From positions 14,112,651 through 14,176,650 of the forward strand of contig CM120647.1 of assembly GCA_051362555.1 (NCBI GenBank): a stretch of 64,000 nt of DNA, written 5' to 3'. Position numbers and translations under genes: made by a program. This stretch comes from Lingula anatina (taxonomy: Eukaryota > Animalia > Brachiopoda). Under the pieces are notes generated by a model, which saw only the letters and a program-made list of their open reading frames with translations, made no database searches and had not been told where the DNA came from. Below are positions 35,501 through 45,846 of the stretch, one piece after another; the stretch's first letter is position 1; each line of letters begins with the position of its first letter.

Positions 35501-38500
35501 ATGCATATAATACATATTATATATTAATATATATTTTTTTTTCAAAGTCTGTACTTACGTGGCATAAGAAACTCCCTAATGTTGAAGTATTCTGGTGAAT
35601 AAACCCACCAGCATCCAACATAACTTTTAGCAAGGTAATCCTGTGGGTGAGTGAAAGCGTTGAAGCAGAATTCCCATAATCCTGCTCTCAGAAAATCGCT
35701 CTGCGTTCTCTCCCATGACTGTATCCAGTGAGGGCTACAGAATGCCACAACGTGGAAGATGAGAGCTATGAAAGTGAGGATAAAACTTGCTATAAAGACT
35801 GGACTCTCATTTCTCCCACCATTCGCCATCTTGGATTCTCTGTCCTCTGTCTCACCTGTACAGGTGGGTGGACAGGTAGATTTAAGGGAGAGGACAAGGA
35901 AAATTATTAATCTTGTATTCCTTTATGTTGTATGATGGAAGTTATTTATGATTCACTTCTAACATAAAATCCTACCCATTTTTTAGTGATTTTGTTAAAA
36001 ATATTTTGTGGTATTAGTCTAGTTTTGTTATATTTATCTGAAAAAAAAATTACTCTCTGTCTCCCCCTATAATTGAGACCTGCTCTACCTGTTGATTCAC
36101 TTGCATGGCGGTTAAAGTGAAAATGAGGCTGCCAGACATTAAACAAGGAATGTGGGTCCACTGATTATGTGGAGGGGGTGACAGGTGGTGCTGAATTCAC
36201 TGCCAGGTAATACTGAAGAATTAAGTGTTGGGGGCTAGGATAGCTGAATCTCATTTGGGAATGAATGTGTGGCCAAGAGATGTGTTAGCATAATGGATGT
36301 TAATTAATTTTAAAGTTATTTAAAAGAGTATACAATAAAGTTTGCTTAAAGAACTTTCTGTGGTGAAAAAAAAAAAAAAAAAAAAAAAACAGTTCTGATA
36401 GGAGTTCATTTATTTATTCTTTATTTTTTATTTCAGTATTTATTGTTTCAATTATTATTTATATTTATTTTTAAAAAAATTTAATGCTGAAAGCAGTGTG
36501 AAATTTCATGGCATTTTGGCATTATATTTTGTATTAAAATGGACAATACTAATAAATATTGATTTTACATTACTTCGATAATAAGGATAAAAAACAAAAA
36601 ATGTACTGTGTAATATGTCATATTTTTAACTAAAAGTAGATTTCTCAGATAAAGGAAGAGAAAAAATATGAACATATTAATTGTATAAAACATTAATTTT
36701 TATTACATTTTTGTATATATTTTTATAAATATAATTTCTTTAATTTCTAGTACATGTACATACTTTGGATTCATGTATAAAAATTGTTTCACCCACTTTA
36801 TTTCACCAAAAAATGAATCATGCATAAAAATTCAATTTTTATCTTGAATTTTCTCCATCCCATGTAGCATCAGAATTGAGTTGTTTTTATTATTATTATT
36901 TTATTTTACCCATCAGTGATCACTTTTAAGTAAAAGTCGCAACGTTTTTTCTTTTCCAGTATGGTTTGACCCCACTGACCTCCACAAGGCAGAGAAGCCG
37001 TTTCACAGCGATGCCTTCACCAAGATCATGTACACGTCCCCGAATATCAATGAACTGAGACACATGAGGCGGGGGTTGATGGGAGGGACAGGGGAGATTG
37101 AAACAGGTGAGCAGGGAATGGTTTTGAAAATTCCAGATGTGTCTGGCACGCCCCCTTACAAAGCAACATGAACAGCATCATGAACTATGAAGCTTTCCCG
37201 ACTTAACCCAAGTACTTTAAGTAACTCCTTGGGGATTCTCACTAAATTGCTTTCAGTTCAAGCAGATTTCATGTCTGACACCCCCCCACCCCTCCTTCAA
37301 AACTTAAAGTACCTGGATAAAGTGGGGGAAACTTAATGGTCCATGATGTTGTTCATGTTGCTTTGCCAAGAGGGCTTGGTTGACAACTAAGCTGATTACA
37401 TTGACTGTGCCCTAGCTAGAATCCCCGCTGAGATAGATATGTAACCTGGGAGCAGTCAGGACTCCTTATTTACTGTAATTTTGTCATTATAATTATTGTT
37501 ATTATTATTATCATGGGCGGGGATCAGTCAAGGCTCTCTATTTCCTATTGTTATTTATAATAATGATAATATTGTTATTATTATACTCTCAGGCTAGACA
37601 GATGACTAACCTCTGAATGCCTTGCTAGATTTATTATGTATTATTATTATCATAGGCTGGGATCATTCAGGACTCGCTATTTACTATTATTATTATTATT
37701 TTTTTTTATACCCTCAGGCCAGACAGATAACTTACCTCTGAATGCCTTGCTAGAAGAAAGTGTGGAGATATGCAGACAGTTAATAGAATACATTCCAAAC
37801 ATCTTAGTGACTTTAGGAAAGCATGGTATTTTACTGTGCAGGGACTCTAGCCAAGACAATCCATTCCCATACAAAGGAAAAATTGTGCCAGTAAGTAATG
37901 CTAGCTACATACTTTATTTTAAAGTCCATTTTTATTATTATTTTTTTTAAATATTTTTTATGTACAGATAATGTTGTATCTGTACTTATAACCCTGACCA
38001 AAACATGTGGTACTTGTCAGGTACATATTAAGTCTTATTACAAGCACTTGTCTGTACTTTTGACAGCCTTTTCTCACTCATCGCAGAACCATTCTCGCAT
38101 TTTGAAGACTGCCACTTCTAAGTGCAAAGTGAGTATGTAGTTTACATGAATTCCAAATTTAATTCTAGTAGTTTTTAATGTGTTGCATAATAGGCAATGA
38201 TGGTAAGGCATTATGATTAAAGGCATACTCTACACATTTTAAACATGCTTTCGGTATTGCAAATCTTCTCATCTTTCCAAATTCAGACCTAAATGAAGAA
38301 AAAAACCCTCACATTAAAGTATCTGAGTTCAATATTTCCTTCTGAAGGAAAAAGAAAAACGACTAAATTATCCACTAGCGATGATGTCATGGATTCCCCT
38401 TTTCCCCAGCACACCAATCCCAGCAGAGCACATTAAATCTTGGCTTGCTTTCAATTGTGTCATGCAATATTTCAGCCGCCACTAGGATCAACTGGTTGTG

Positions 38501-38964
38501 AATGTTTTCTTACATTAAATGAGATGATGCACTGACTTGATAAATAATGGTTGAATTGTGGCAAGCATTTGTGAAGTTGATATGTCACATAATTTGTGTG
38601 CTGAATTATTTATTTCTGATTATCTGTTGTGACAAGAGCTTGCTTAATTTTTCTTTCCCTTTTCCAGTCTGAAGGAGCATTGACTGCCATGTATTGTCCA
38701 GCATATGCACAGGGCCAGCAACAGGTGCCCCTGGTCAGTGTATCTGGAGCTGGAGACAGGTAGAAATAAATAAATTAATTAACAAATGAATAAATAAATA
38801 AATAAATAAATAAACAGGGCCAGCAACAGGTGCCCCTGGTCAGTGTATCTGGAGCAGGAGACAGGTAGAAATAAATAAATAAATAAATTAACAAATGAAT
38901 AAATAAATAAACATGGCCAGCAACAGGTGCCCCTGGTCAGTGTATCTGGAGCAGGAGACAGGTA

Positions 38965-39007
<43 letters not shown>

Positions 39008-39295
39008 ATTAACAAATGAATAAATAGATAAACAGGGCCAGCAACAGGTGCCCCTGGTCAGTGTATCTGGAGCTGGAGACAGGTAGAAATAAATAAATAA
39101 TTTAACAAATGAATAAATAAATAAATAAATAAATAAACAGGGCCAGCAACAGGTGCCGCTGGTCAGTGTATCTGGAGCAGGAGACAGGTAGAAATAAATA
39201 AATTAATTAACAAATGAATAAATAAATAAATAAATAAACAGGGCCAGCAACAGGTGCCCCTGGCCAGTGTATCTGGAGCAGGAGACAGGTAGAAA

Positions 39296-39330
<35 letters not shown>

Positions 39331-39494
39331 ACAAACAGGGCCAGCAACAGGTGCCCCTGCTCAGTATGTCTGGAGCAGGAGACAGGTAGAAATAAATAAA
39401 TAAATTAACAAATGAATAAATAAATAAATAAATAAACAGGGCCAGCAACAGGTGCCCCAGCATCAGTATGTCTGGAGCCGGAGATGGGTAGAAA

Positions 39495-39541
<47 letters not shown>

Positions 39542-40709
39542 AAAAGGGCCAGCAACAGTCTGGTCAGTGTGTCTGGAGCCGGAGATGGGTAGAAATCAAT
39601 CAGTAAGTAAATAGGATCTAACTATAAGGTAAATGAATAAAATCAAAAGCAGTGTTTTAGGGTGAAATTGTGATATCCAAACACTTTTAATTGCACAGCT
39701 ATGTCACTGTGACAATATGTTGTAATTGTTCCCCATCTGACCTTATTAGAAAGTAGTAACACAATTATTAATTATATATAAATAGTACTTATGTTGATAC
39801 TTGCTGTTGTATTAGAATAATAAACTGTATTTTTTAAGATCATTGAGAACTTTTACTGACAGTGTGCCTATTTTAGTCAATTTTTATAGGTGTGTAATTG
39901 AAAGCATTCTAGCGTACGGAATTATAATATGGTATAGCGGAACAGCTGGGGAGGAAAGGAAGAAATTAGCAAACGTTGTAAAAACTGCAAGCAGGATTAT
40001 CGGGCAAGAATTCCCCAAGCTGGATGATATTTTTAAGGACAGGATGGAGAAAAGAATTGTCAACACCATGAAAGACGCTTTCCATCCTGCATCCTCTCTT
40101 TTTACTTTTTTACCAAGCAACAGTAGACTTTTAACTTTTAAAGGCAGTAAACGCTTTTTAAACAGCTTTTATCCAAGTGCAGTGACGCATTTTAATTTGA
40201 TCTCAAAGCTAAATTCTTAATTTATTTATTTATTGTATTATTTTATTATTTTACTCTGTATATTGCTCCAATGGAAAATGATTTCCGATTTTTATAATTG
40301 GCTAAATAAACTCTTATCTTATCTTATCTTATCTTAATTGCCAAATTGAGTGCATGTGTGTGTGTGCACATGCATAGGATAGATTTTTAAATGTACAGGA
40401 ATAAAGATCATAAAGGTTTTCTCAAATAATTTTAAAACTTGCTTTATACTATACCGCTTTATGTACTTTTTTTTTTTTTAGTCTTTTCTATAATGTTGTT
40501 TTTTTTTTTTCATATTTCCCAGTATGGTGGCAGCCATAGTCCACAGTTTACTTAGAGACATTCCAGCATCAGACTGTATCAAATATGGACTTCTTGCCGC
40601 TACCCTTTCACTACAATCCCATCATGCAATAATACCCAGCATGCACCAGAAGTTACAGGAACACAGCATCAAGGACATGTGCTGGAGAGACAGTCACTTA
40701 GAGATATAA
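15450..40709 (+). CDS. Bifunctional pseudouridine-metabolizing protein: pseudouridine-5'-phosphate glycosidase (PsuG/IndA) fused to a PfkB-family pseudouridine kinase, 719 aa, 17 coding exons
   Basis: Exons: 15450-15540, 15966-16077, 18901-18986, 19458-19549, 20074-20185, 20894-21000, 21702-21828, 22156-22276, 22584-22669, 22987-23147, 26152-26373, 26789-26917, 27372-27486, 36960-37106, 37718-37890, 38668-38759, 40523-40709; 2160 nt, all phases agree. Glycosidase motifs [54 protein letters not shown]; kinase motifs [31 protein letters not shown]. Confidence 0.93.
16034..18342 (+). repeat. 47-bp minisatellite, about 49 copies, whose unit is the 3' end of coding exon 2 plus its GTAAG donor
   Basis: Unit AGCACTATCATAACACAYGGGATACCATTCCCTCAGAATATACAGTA; the first copy lies inside exon 15966-16077. 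Confidence 0.97.
20128..20370 (+). repeat. Tandem duplication (122-bp period) of the exon 5 3' end plus donor plus CA-microsatellite
   Basis: GGTATCCAGGTGTTTGTGACAGGGGGCATTGGTGGAGTRCACAGGGGAGCTGAGACAT|GTGAGGGGCAA at 20128 and 20250. Confidence 0.92.
21040..21250. repeat. Degenerate inverted repeat (old MITE) in intron 6
   Basis: GATAGATCTAACTCTG...TCTCGCTGAATAC versus GCATTCAGCAAGA...CAGAGTTGGATCGATC. Confidence 0.55.
22670..22986 (+). other. U12-type (minor spliceosome) GT-AG intron
   Basis: 5' end GTATCCTT; branch-like TTCCTTTAC at 22967-22975, 12 nt before the AG; no long pyrimidine tract; splicing restores [13 protein letters not shown]. Confidence 0.85.
24368..24653. mobile_element. 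Fold-back MITE, PIF/Harbinger-like
   Basis: Inverted arms of about 110 bp (GGCCCCATTCAAAATAGATGATC... / ...GATCATCTATTCTGAATGGAGCC), flanked by TTA on both sides. Confidence 0.85.
28586..31061 (-). CDS. Claudin-like (PMP22/EMP/claudin superfamily) tetraspan protein A, 202 aa, nested antisense in an intron
   Basis: Exons 31061-30803, 29855-29709, 28788-28586 (609 nt, phases consistent). W...GLWEFC...C claudin signature, four hydrophobic segments, [18 protein letters not shown] motif typical of invertebrate claudin-like proteins. Confidence 0.88.
33658..35829 (-). CDS. Claudin-like tetraspan protein B, 219 aa, nested antisense paralog of A
   Basis: Exons 35829-35559, 34538-34386, 33893-33658 (660 nt). 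[16 protein letters not shown] and [18 protein letters not shown] motifs; same intron positions and phases as gene A. Confidence 0.88.
37159..37365. repeat. Intronic inverted repeat with ~65-bp arms (MITE relic)
   Basis: CAAAGCAACATGAACAGCATCATG...AAGTACTTTAAGT versus ACTTAAAGTACC...CATGATGTTGTTCATGTTGCTTTG. Confidence 0.75.
38709..39600 (+). repeat. Compound tandem repeat, 9 copies of about 100 bp: 3' end of exon 16 plus donor plus (AAAT)n
   Basis: ACAGGGCCAGCAACAGGTGCCCCTGGTCAGTGTATCTGGAGCWGGAGACAG|GTAGAAATAAAT repeated near 38709, 38814, 38911, 39032, 39137, 39238, 39335, 39436 and 39545. Confidence 0.95.
39860..40336 (+). mobile_element. 5'-truncated non-LTR retrotransposon (Rex1/Babar- or L2/CR1-like) 3' end
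   Basis: ORF 39843-40220 reads [18 protein letters not shown]...[10 protein letters not shown]...[12 protein letters not shown]...[11 protein letters not shown], typical of the RT C-terminal region of this group; followed by AATAAA and an (ATCTT)n tail at about 40312-40336. Confidence 0.8.
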
Positions 40710-40716
40710 AGACTAT

Positions 40717-40805
40717 GATCACCTGAATACCACTTACAGAGAGTGGAGACCTCCACCAAGGATCACCTGAATACCACTCACAGAGAGTGGAGACCTCCAC
40801 CAAGG
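40717..40805 (+). repeat. 44-bp tandem duplication just after the stop codon (3' UTR)
   Basis: GATCACCTGAATACCACTYACAGAGAGTGGAGACCTCCACCAAG twice. Confidence 0.85.
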
Positions 40806-41169
40806 CAGCTCAGGTCAATTAACATTCCTTTTCAGTTAAAAATTAGTGAATTAATTAATAGAGAGAGGAAACCTCTGCCAAGGCAGCTCAGATCAATAAG
40901 TATTAATTAATAAGTATTAATAAGTATTGTAAGTTATTAATTAGTGAATTAATTAGTAGATTAACAAAAAATAATCAAATATTATGTAAGCCTATTTCTA
41001 TAACATATAAAACATATAATAATACAACATATAACAAAACAATTTATTCTGTGTCAGTTTTTACAAACAGTATAACTGCAATCACTGGCTAATTATTATG
41101 AACATAAAAATGGTCTATGAGAGCATTCGCATCGAGAAGGGTCGAGGTCTAGCAAGGCCAAGACCTAAA

Positions 41170-41305
41170 TATGGCGGACCTACATGTACATGAAATGAAG
41201 ATCGTGTAATCCTTCAATGGTCTCTCAATGAATGTCAATGAATGTCATTGAGAGACCACTGAAGGATTACGCAGTCTTCCTTTCATGTAGGTCCGCTCTA
41301 TGTCT
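41170..41305. repeat. Inverted repeat, probable truncated MITE
   Basis: GCGGACCTACATG...GTAATCCTTCAATGGTCTCTCAATGA pairs with TCATTGAGAGACCACTGAAGGATTAC...CATGTAGGTCCGC. Confidence 0.7.
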
Positions 41306-41310
41306 ACTAA

Positions 41311-41538
41311 GGCTTCGTTCACATGGAATATCTATTTTCTAAAAATCTATTTTCTATTCGCGGTATCTTACGATCATGGTCTGTGCCCTGAATATCCCGC
41401 GGCGTAATTACTTATAGTAACTGGCTCGCGCTGCCAGTAATTACGCCGCGGGATATTCAGGGCACAGACTGTGATCATAAGACATACCGCGAATAGAAAA
41501 TAGAATTTAGAAAATAGACATTGCATGTGAATGAAGCC
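41311..41538. mobile_element. Fold-back MITE, PIF/Harbinger-like
   Basis: About 100-bp inverted arms GGCTTCGTTCACATG... / ...CATGTGAATGAAGCC; TAA on both sides. Confidence 0.88.
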
Positions 41539-41541
41539 TAA

Positions 41542-41756
41542 GGCTCTGTTCTCACAACTTTTAGATCGATCTATCACCGCGGGGAGTCTCACTAGATTAC
41601 TGTCAGATAATCCCCCTTAAGTGTCCATCCCCGCCTACTACAAGCTTTAAGGGGTAATTAACTTTCGTGTCCGCCCGGCTGACAGCTATTTAGCGTGAAC
41701 CCCCAGGGAGTTAGGTCGATCCAATGTAGGTCGATCTAATCTATGAGAATGGGGTG
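41542..41756. mobile_element. MITE family copy 1 (TAA-flanked)
   Basis: Similar along its whole length to 42215-42428; imperfect TIRs containing TAGATCGATCTA; TAA flanks. Confidence 0.8.
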
Positions 41757-42214
41757 TAACAGTAAAATGAATGATTAAAATTAACTGATAAAATTAGGTG
41801 CTTGTCCATAAGAGAACCAGCCTGGAGTGGCAAGGTGAGGATTGGTGAAGTTCATGTGTTGATGCAAGTAACAAATTTATTCATGAGTTAGGAATAAATA
41901 CCAAAAATATTTTTCTTAAGAGAGTTGTAGGTCATGGCTCACATAGTCTCTTTGAGACCCAGTTTTCACCTTGGTAAGCGGTGGTATATTTCGTGTAAAT
42001 AGAATAAAAACGGTAAAAACTAAAAGATATTAAACCTTATAAACATTTAAAAACAATCATTTGGTTTACCTCAGATATACAGTGTATGTAGAATTCAGGT
42101 AGACACCGCATGGGTGAATTACACCCAGTTATAACACCCCATCTACCTATTGTACACAGGTAATAATATAACAGTTGATGAATTTGTTTTTGGTGCAAAA
42201 TTTGTCATATATAA

Positions 42215-42428
42215 GGCTGTATTCCCAGAGCTTTTAGATCGATCTATCCCCGCGGGGAGTCTCAGTAGATTACTGTCAGATAATCCGGCTTAAATGTCCG
42301 TCCCGCCTACTACCAGCTGTAAGGGGGTAATTTACTTTCGTGTCCGCTCGGCTGACAGCTATTTAGCGTGAACCCCCAGGGAGTTAGGTCGATCTAGTTG
42401 GATCGATCTAATCTCTGGAAATGGGTTC
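42215..42428. mobile_element. MITE family copy 2 (TAA-flanked)
   Basis: Direct-orientation paralog of 41542-41756 with TAA flanks. Confidence 0.8.
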
Positions 42429-42459
42429 TAAGATTGCATGTAAACTGAGTTGGACATAT

Positions 42460-44443
42460 TAGTCTAGATGACTGGTGCAAAAATTGCTCAAAAGGTGGAA
42501 AAAGCATGAAACTTGGCACAAATGTTCTTTGGACTATGCTGATCATTTTCAAGGGCAGTGCCCAAAATTTCAAAGCGTTGCTTAGCAACCCTTGCTAAGG
42601 AAGTGATTTACCTTAGTAACAAGCTAATTGGACCTTTCTTGTTCAGTTTAAATGATTTAAAAAGGCTTTTAATAATGTTTCAAACCATCAGAACTATCAC
42701 TATACTATTTTAAGACATTAAAAACCCAAGTAAACCATTGCAACAGTTGCTAGGCAGCATATTACCCTAGCAACAAGTATTTAACATGCTGAATTAGCCC
42801 AGAAAGTTAGTGTTAAGGTTGATTTTTTGTTGAGTTCCTCTAGACAGAGGGGAGTTCAAATGTCATTAATAATATCATTGATGTAAAAAAAACAAAAACA
42901 TTTTTATACCATCTTTTATGGAAAATAGTTTTTTAATTTTTTTTAAATTTTGAGTTTTGACATAATGGTTGTGATAAGATTTCATCTGGGGTTAAATTGA
43001 AATTTTCCTGAATTTCACTCAAAGAACCAATAATGTTTGCCAAAAGGGATAAGAAGTTGCTTTTAGTATTTTTAATCCACCTTTTGTTACTACCGATTCC
43101 TGACATTTTGCCAAGAAAAACGCTCTCCACTTACTCTTATTTTCTTCATAAAGAAGTCTCTTAAGCCATGTAAAGTTTAGGGCCTTGGAAAAATTTTTAT
43201 TTGCTGTACCTTTTTCCGTCCATTTTTGTAATCAGACGCCATCCTTGCTCATTTTATTTTGTATCTTTTTCCATTCCTGATAAAGTTAAATATGATATGC
43301 ATATTTTAAGTATTGAGGGAGGGGGGGGGGGGGGCTGGTAGGAGAGTTTATACATGCCCTACGTAAGATGAGAAATACTAAAGGTTTAACCACTGTTGAC
43401 TTTCCTATTATTGAAAGGTTTCTCAGAGACCAGATTTCCAAGATATTTTTCATTTTGTTCAATATTTTCTAAAAAGTTTTTTCACATTGTATTTTGTCAG
43501 TTCAGCATGGTTCTATTTTAATTCTATTTGTTAATCAATAAAGTTCAAAAGTTTCTGTTCACACCCAAAGGCCGTTAGATGCCATATCTTACTTCCACCA
43601 AGGCTGCTCTACATCAATATAAGAGTATTCTTGCCAGATGAACATATCTGAATCAGCACTACGGTGCCATTTCATCAGATACCATGTGCTCACTCTGGTT
43701 GGACTTGTGCAGAACAGTGGGCCTAAGTGGACACATTTGCCAAAAGCTATTGACCTGTCCAGAGTTGCTCCAGTGTGCATGTAGGTGCAGAGGTAGAGGC
43801 TGACAATGTGCAAGGGCAAAATGCACTGTATATTGCACATACAAGGGAGAATTAACTATTATTATTATTATTATTATTAACTATTGCAAAGTTTTATAAA
43901 GAGTCGTAAGGTGATAAAAGCATGGAAATGGCTGGTTACTAATTTTGAACATGCTGCCTTAAGTATCTGCACTGGCAATTTATTTGATCGGATGTGTGTA
44001 AACACACAATTGGTTCAACTTACTGGATTAAAAGTATGAACATCTTGCTCAAAAGTGTAGTTCTTAGCTAGTTTTATAGATTTGCCTTACTTAATAGACT
44101 AACGCAACTTTAAATGCTTGTTGCTAGGGTAATATGCTGCCTAGCAATCGTGGCTAAGGTTAATTTGGGTTTTAATTGCCTTAAAATAGTCTAGTGATAG
44201 TTCTGATGCCCTGAAACATAGTTATTAGCATTTATAAACTTTTTAAACTGGACAAGAAAGGTCTAATTAGCTTGTTACTAAGGAAATTCACTTCCATAGC
44301 AACGGTTGCTAAGCAACGCTTGGAAATTTTGGGCACTGCCCTTGAAAATGATCAGCATAGACCAAAGAACATTTGTGCCAAGTTTCATGCTTTTTCCACA
44401 TTTTGAGCAATTTGGCCAAAATATAGCACCAGTCATCCAGACA
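42460..44443. mobile_element. About 2-kb non-autonomous DNA transposon with ~325-bp terminal inverted repeats (Academ-like ends)
   Basis: 42462-42785 is an imperfect reverse complement of 44109-44442; the left end starts TAG and TAT flanks both sides (42457-59, 44444-46). The superfamily assignment is an inference. Confidence 0.8.
42800..43260 (-). mobile_element. Degenerate L1/Tx1-like LINE ORF2 fragment inside the TIR element
   Basis: Broken minus-strand translation ...FSKALNFTWLKRLLYEENKSKW...EILSQPLCQNSKFK resembles the post-RT region of Tx1/L1 ORF2; frameshifted. Confidence 0.5.
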
Positions 44444-45397
44444 TATCTGTGTGAGCTAAACAAACGAACGGCACACGGGTCAGCGATTACAAGTGCAGAT
44501 ACTTACATGTGTATCCAAACTGCCACTCTCTGTGGCAAGGTATAGTTAAAAAGTTAAAATATATTTATTTTCGTGACAATACCGAATATATACAAATATA
44601 ATACACAATACAATGGTATGAATATATATGCATCGGTCCAGCCCTGTGGGCTTACAAAGTCACCTGTTTTAACAATAATTATATAGCAACTTCTTTACGT
44701 ATAACTTCTTTACGTACAAATTTCCCATTTGATAGGTACCTGTACCTGATCAACTTCCCTTCTGCGCCTCCGGAGCACCTCCGCTGTATTGGACCGCTGT
44801 CAAAATATATTGTATTTTAACGAACCATTTTAGTCCAGCTTTATGATTTTAATCAAAAGTATTTAAATACTATTCGTCAGAGAAAATGACAAATAAAAAT
44901 TTTAGAACTTGAAATGCGAAAGAAACTCTGAGTGAGAAAACTGTGGTGTCCGTTCATGCACGACCATGACTCAACTTATCGATAATAAATAACAAAGTTC
45001 TATTTTTTTATTTCATTTTATTGAATTTTAAAGCTTGTTAAGCAAGGAGCAACATGTCCAGATTCTAAATACGTTTATATCCCCTCAGACAATTAACTTT
45101 TTAACTACGATATGTAGAGAAATATGTGTCAGCCATATCACAGTGCAGTTTCATCACGTTACTCTGGCATTACCAGAAACTAAAATATTAAAAGGCCCAC
45201 ATGAATAGAGAAAGGATCTGCCACTATCTGTACGATCTATGTGGTATTTGCTCTCTCTCATCCCTTTATACAGGCATAATGGCAGATTAGTTACAAGGGG
45301 ATTCCACATAGTAAAGTTGAAGTATAACCGTGGAATGTAGAACTACATATTACGCGTTTAATCAGCCAACAGCTTCAGTCTTGATAAGGCTCACATG

Positions 45398-45401
<4 letters not shown>

Positions 45402-45454
<53 letters not shown>
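45402..45454. repeat. (AT)n microsatellite
   Basis: Pure AT dinucleotide run. Confidence 0.9.
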
Positions 45455-45458
<4 letters not shown>

Positions 45459-45846
45459 AAGCATTTTCATGTCATGTTGTATAGCTGCACCGCGTGTCCT
45501 TTGAGAGGTTGACAACTCATAATTACTTAATTTCTTGCTATTACGTAAAAAGTCACTCTCAGCGCCGTGTGCGATATCGTTAATAAATAAATAAATAATT
45601 GACACGGTCGATTAACTTAAGGAGCAAGGCGCGAACTTGTGACAGGTAAATATATAGTTAAGGTCGCTGCAGCGTAAACCTTCTCAATTGCACTGGCATA
45701 ATGATATCGTTAAGGAATAAGACTGAAACACCGTCAACACTGAATTAAATGTATGGATCAGACTTTCATGAAAAGCCTAGCTATTCTTCAGTATGCACGA
45801 TATTTTTATGTCATTATCAAGTCCTGGTGACAAATAGAGACATTTC

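Noticed and set aside
38709-39600. CRISPR-like repeat-spacer appearance
   Set aside because: The spacers are (AAAT)n microsatellite, the repeat is a copy of a host exon end, there are no cas genes and the context is eukaryotic.
42394-44545. Paired similar ORFs MLSNA.KFWALPLKMISI on opposite strands
   Set aside because: Produced by the terminal inverted repeats of the 2-kb element; no transposase motif.
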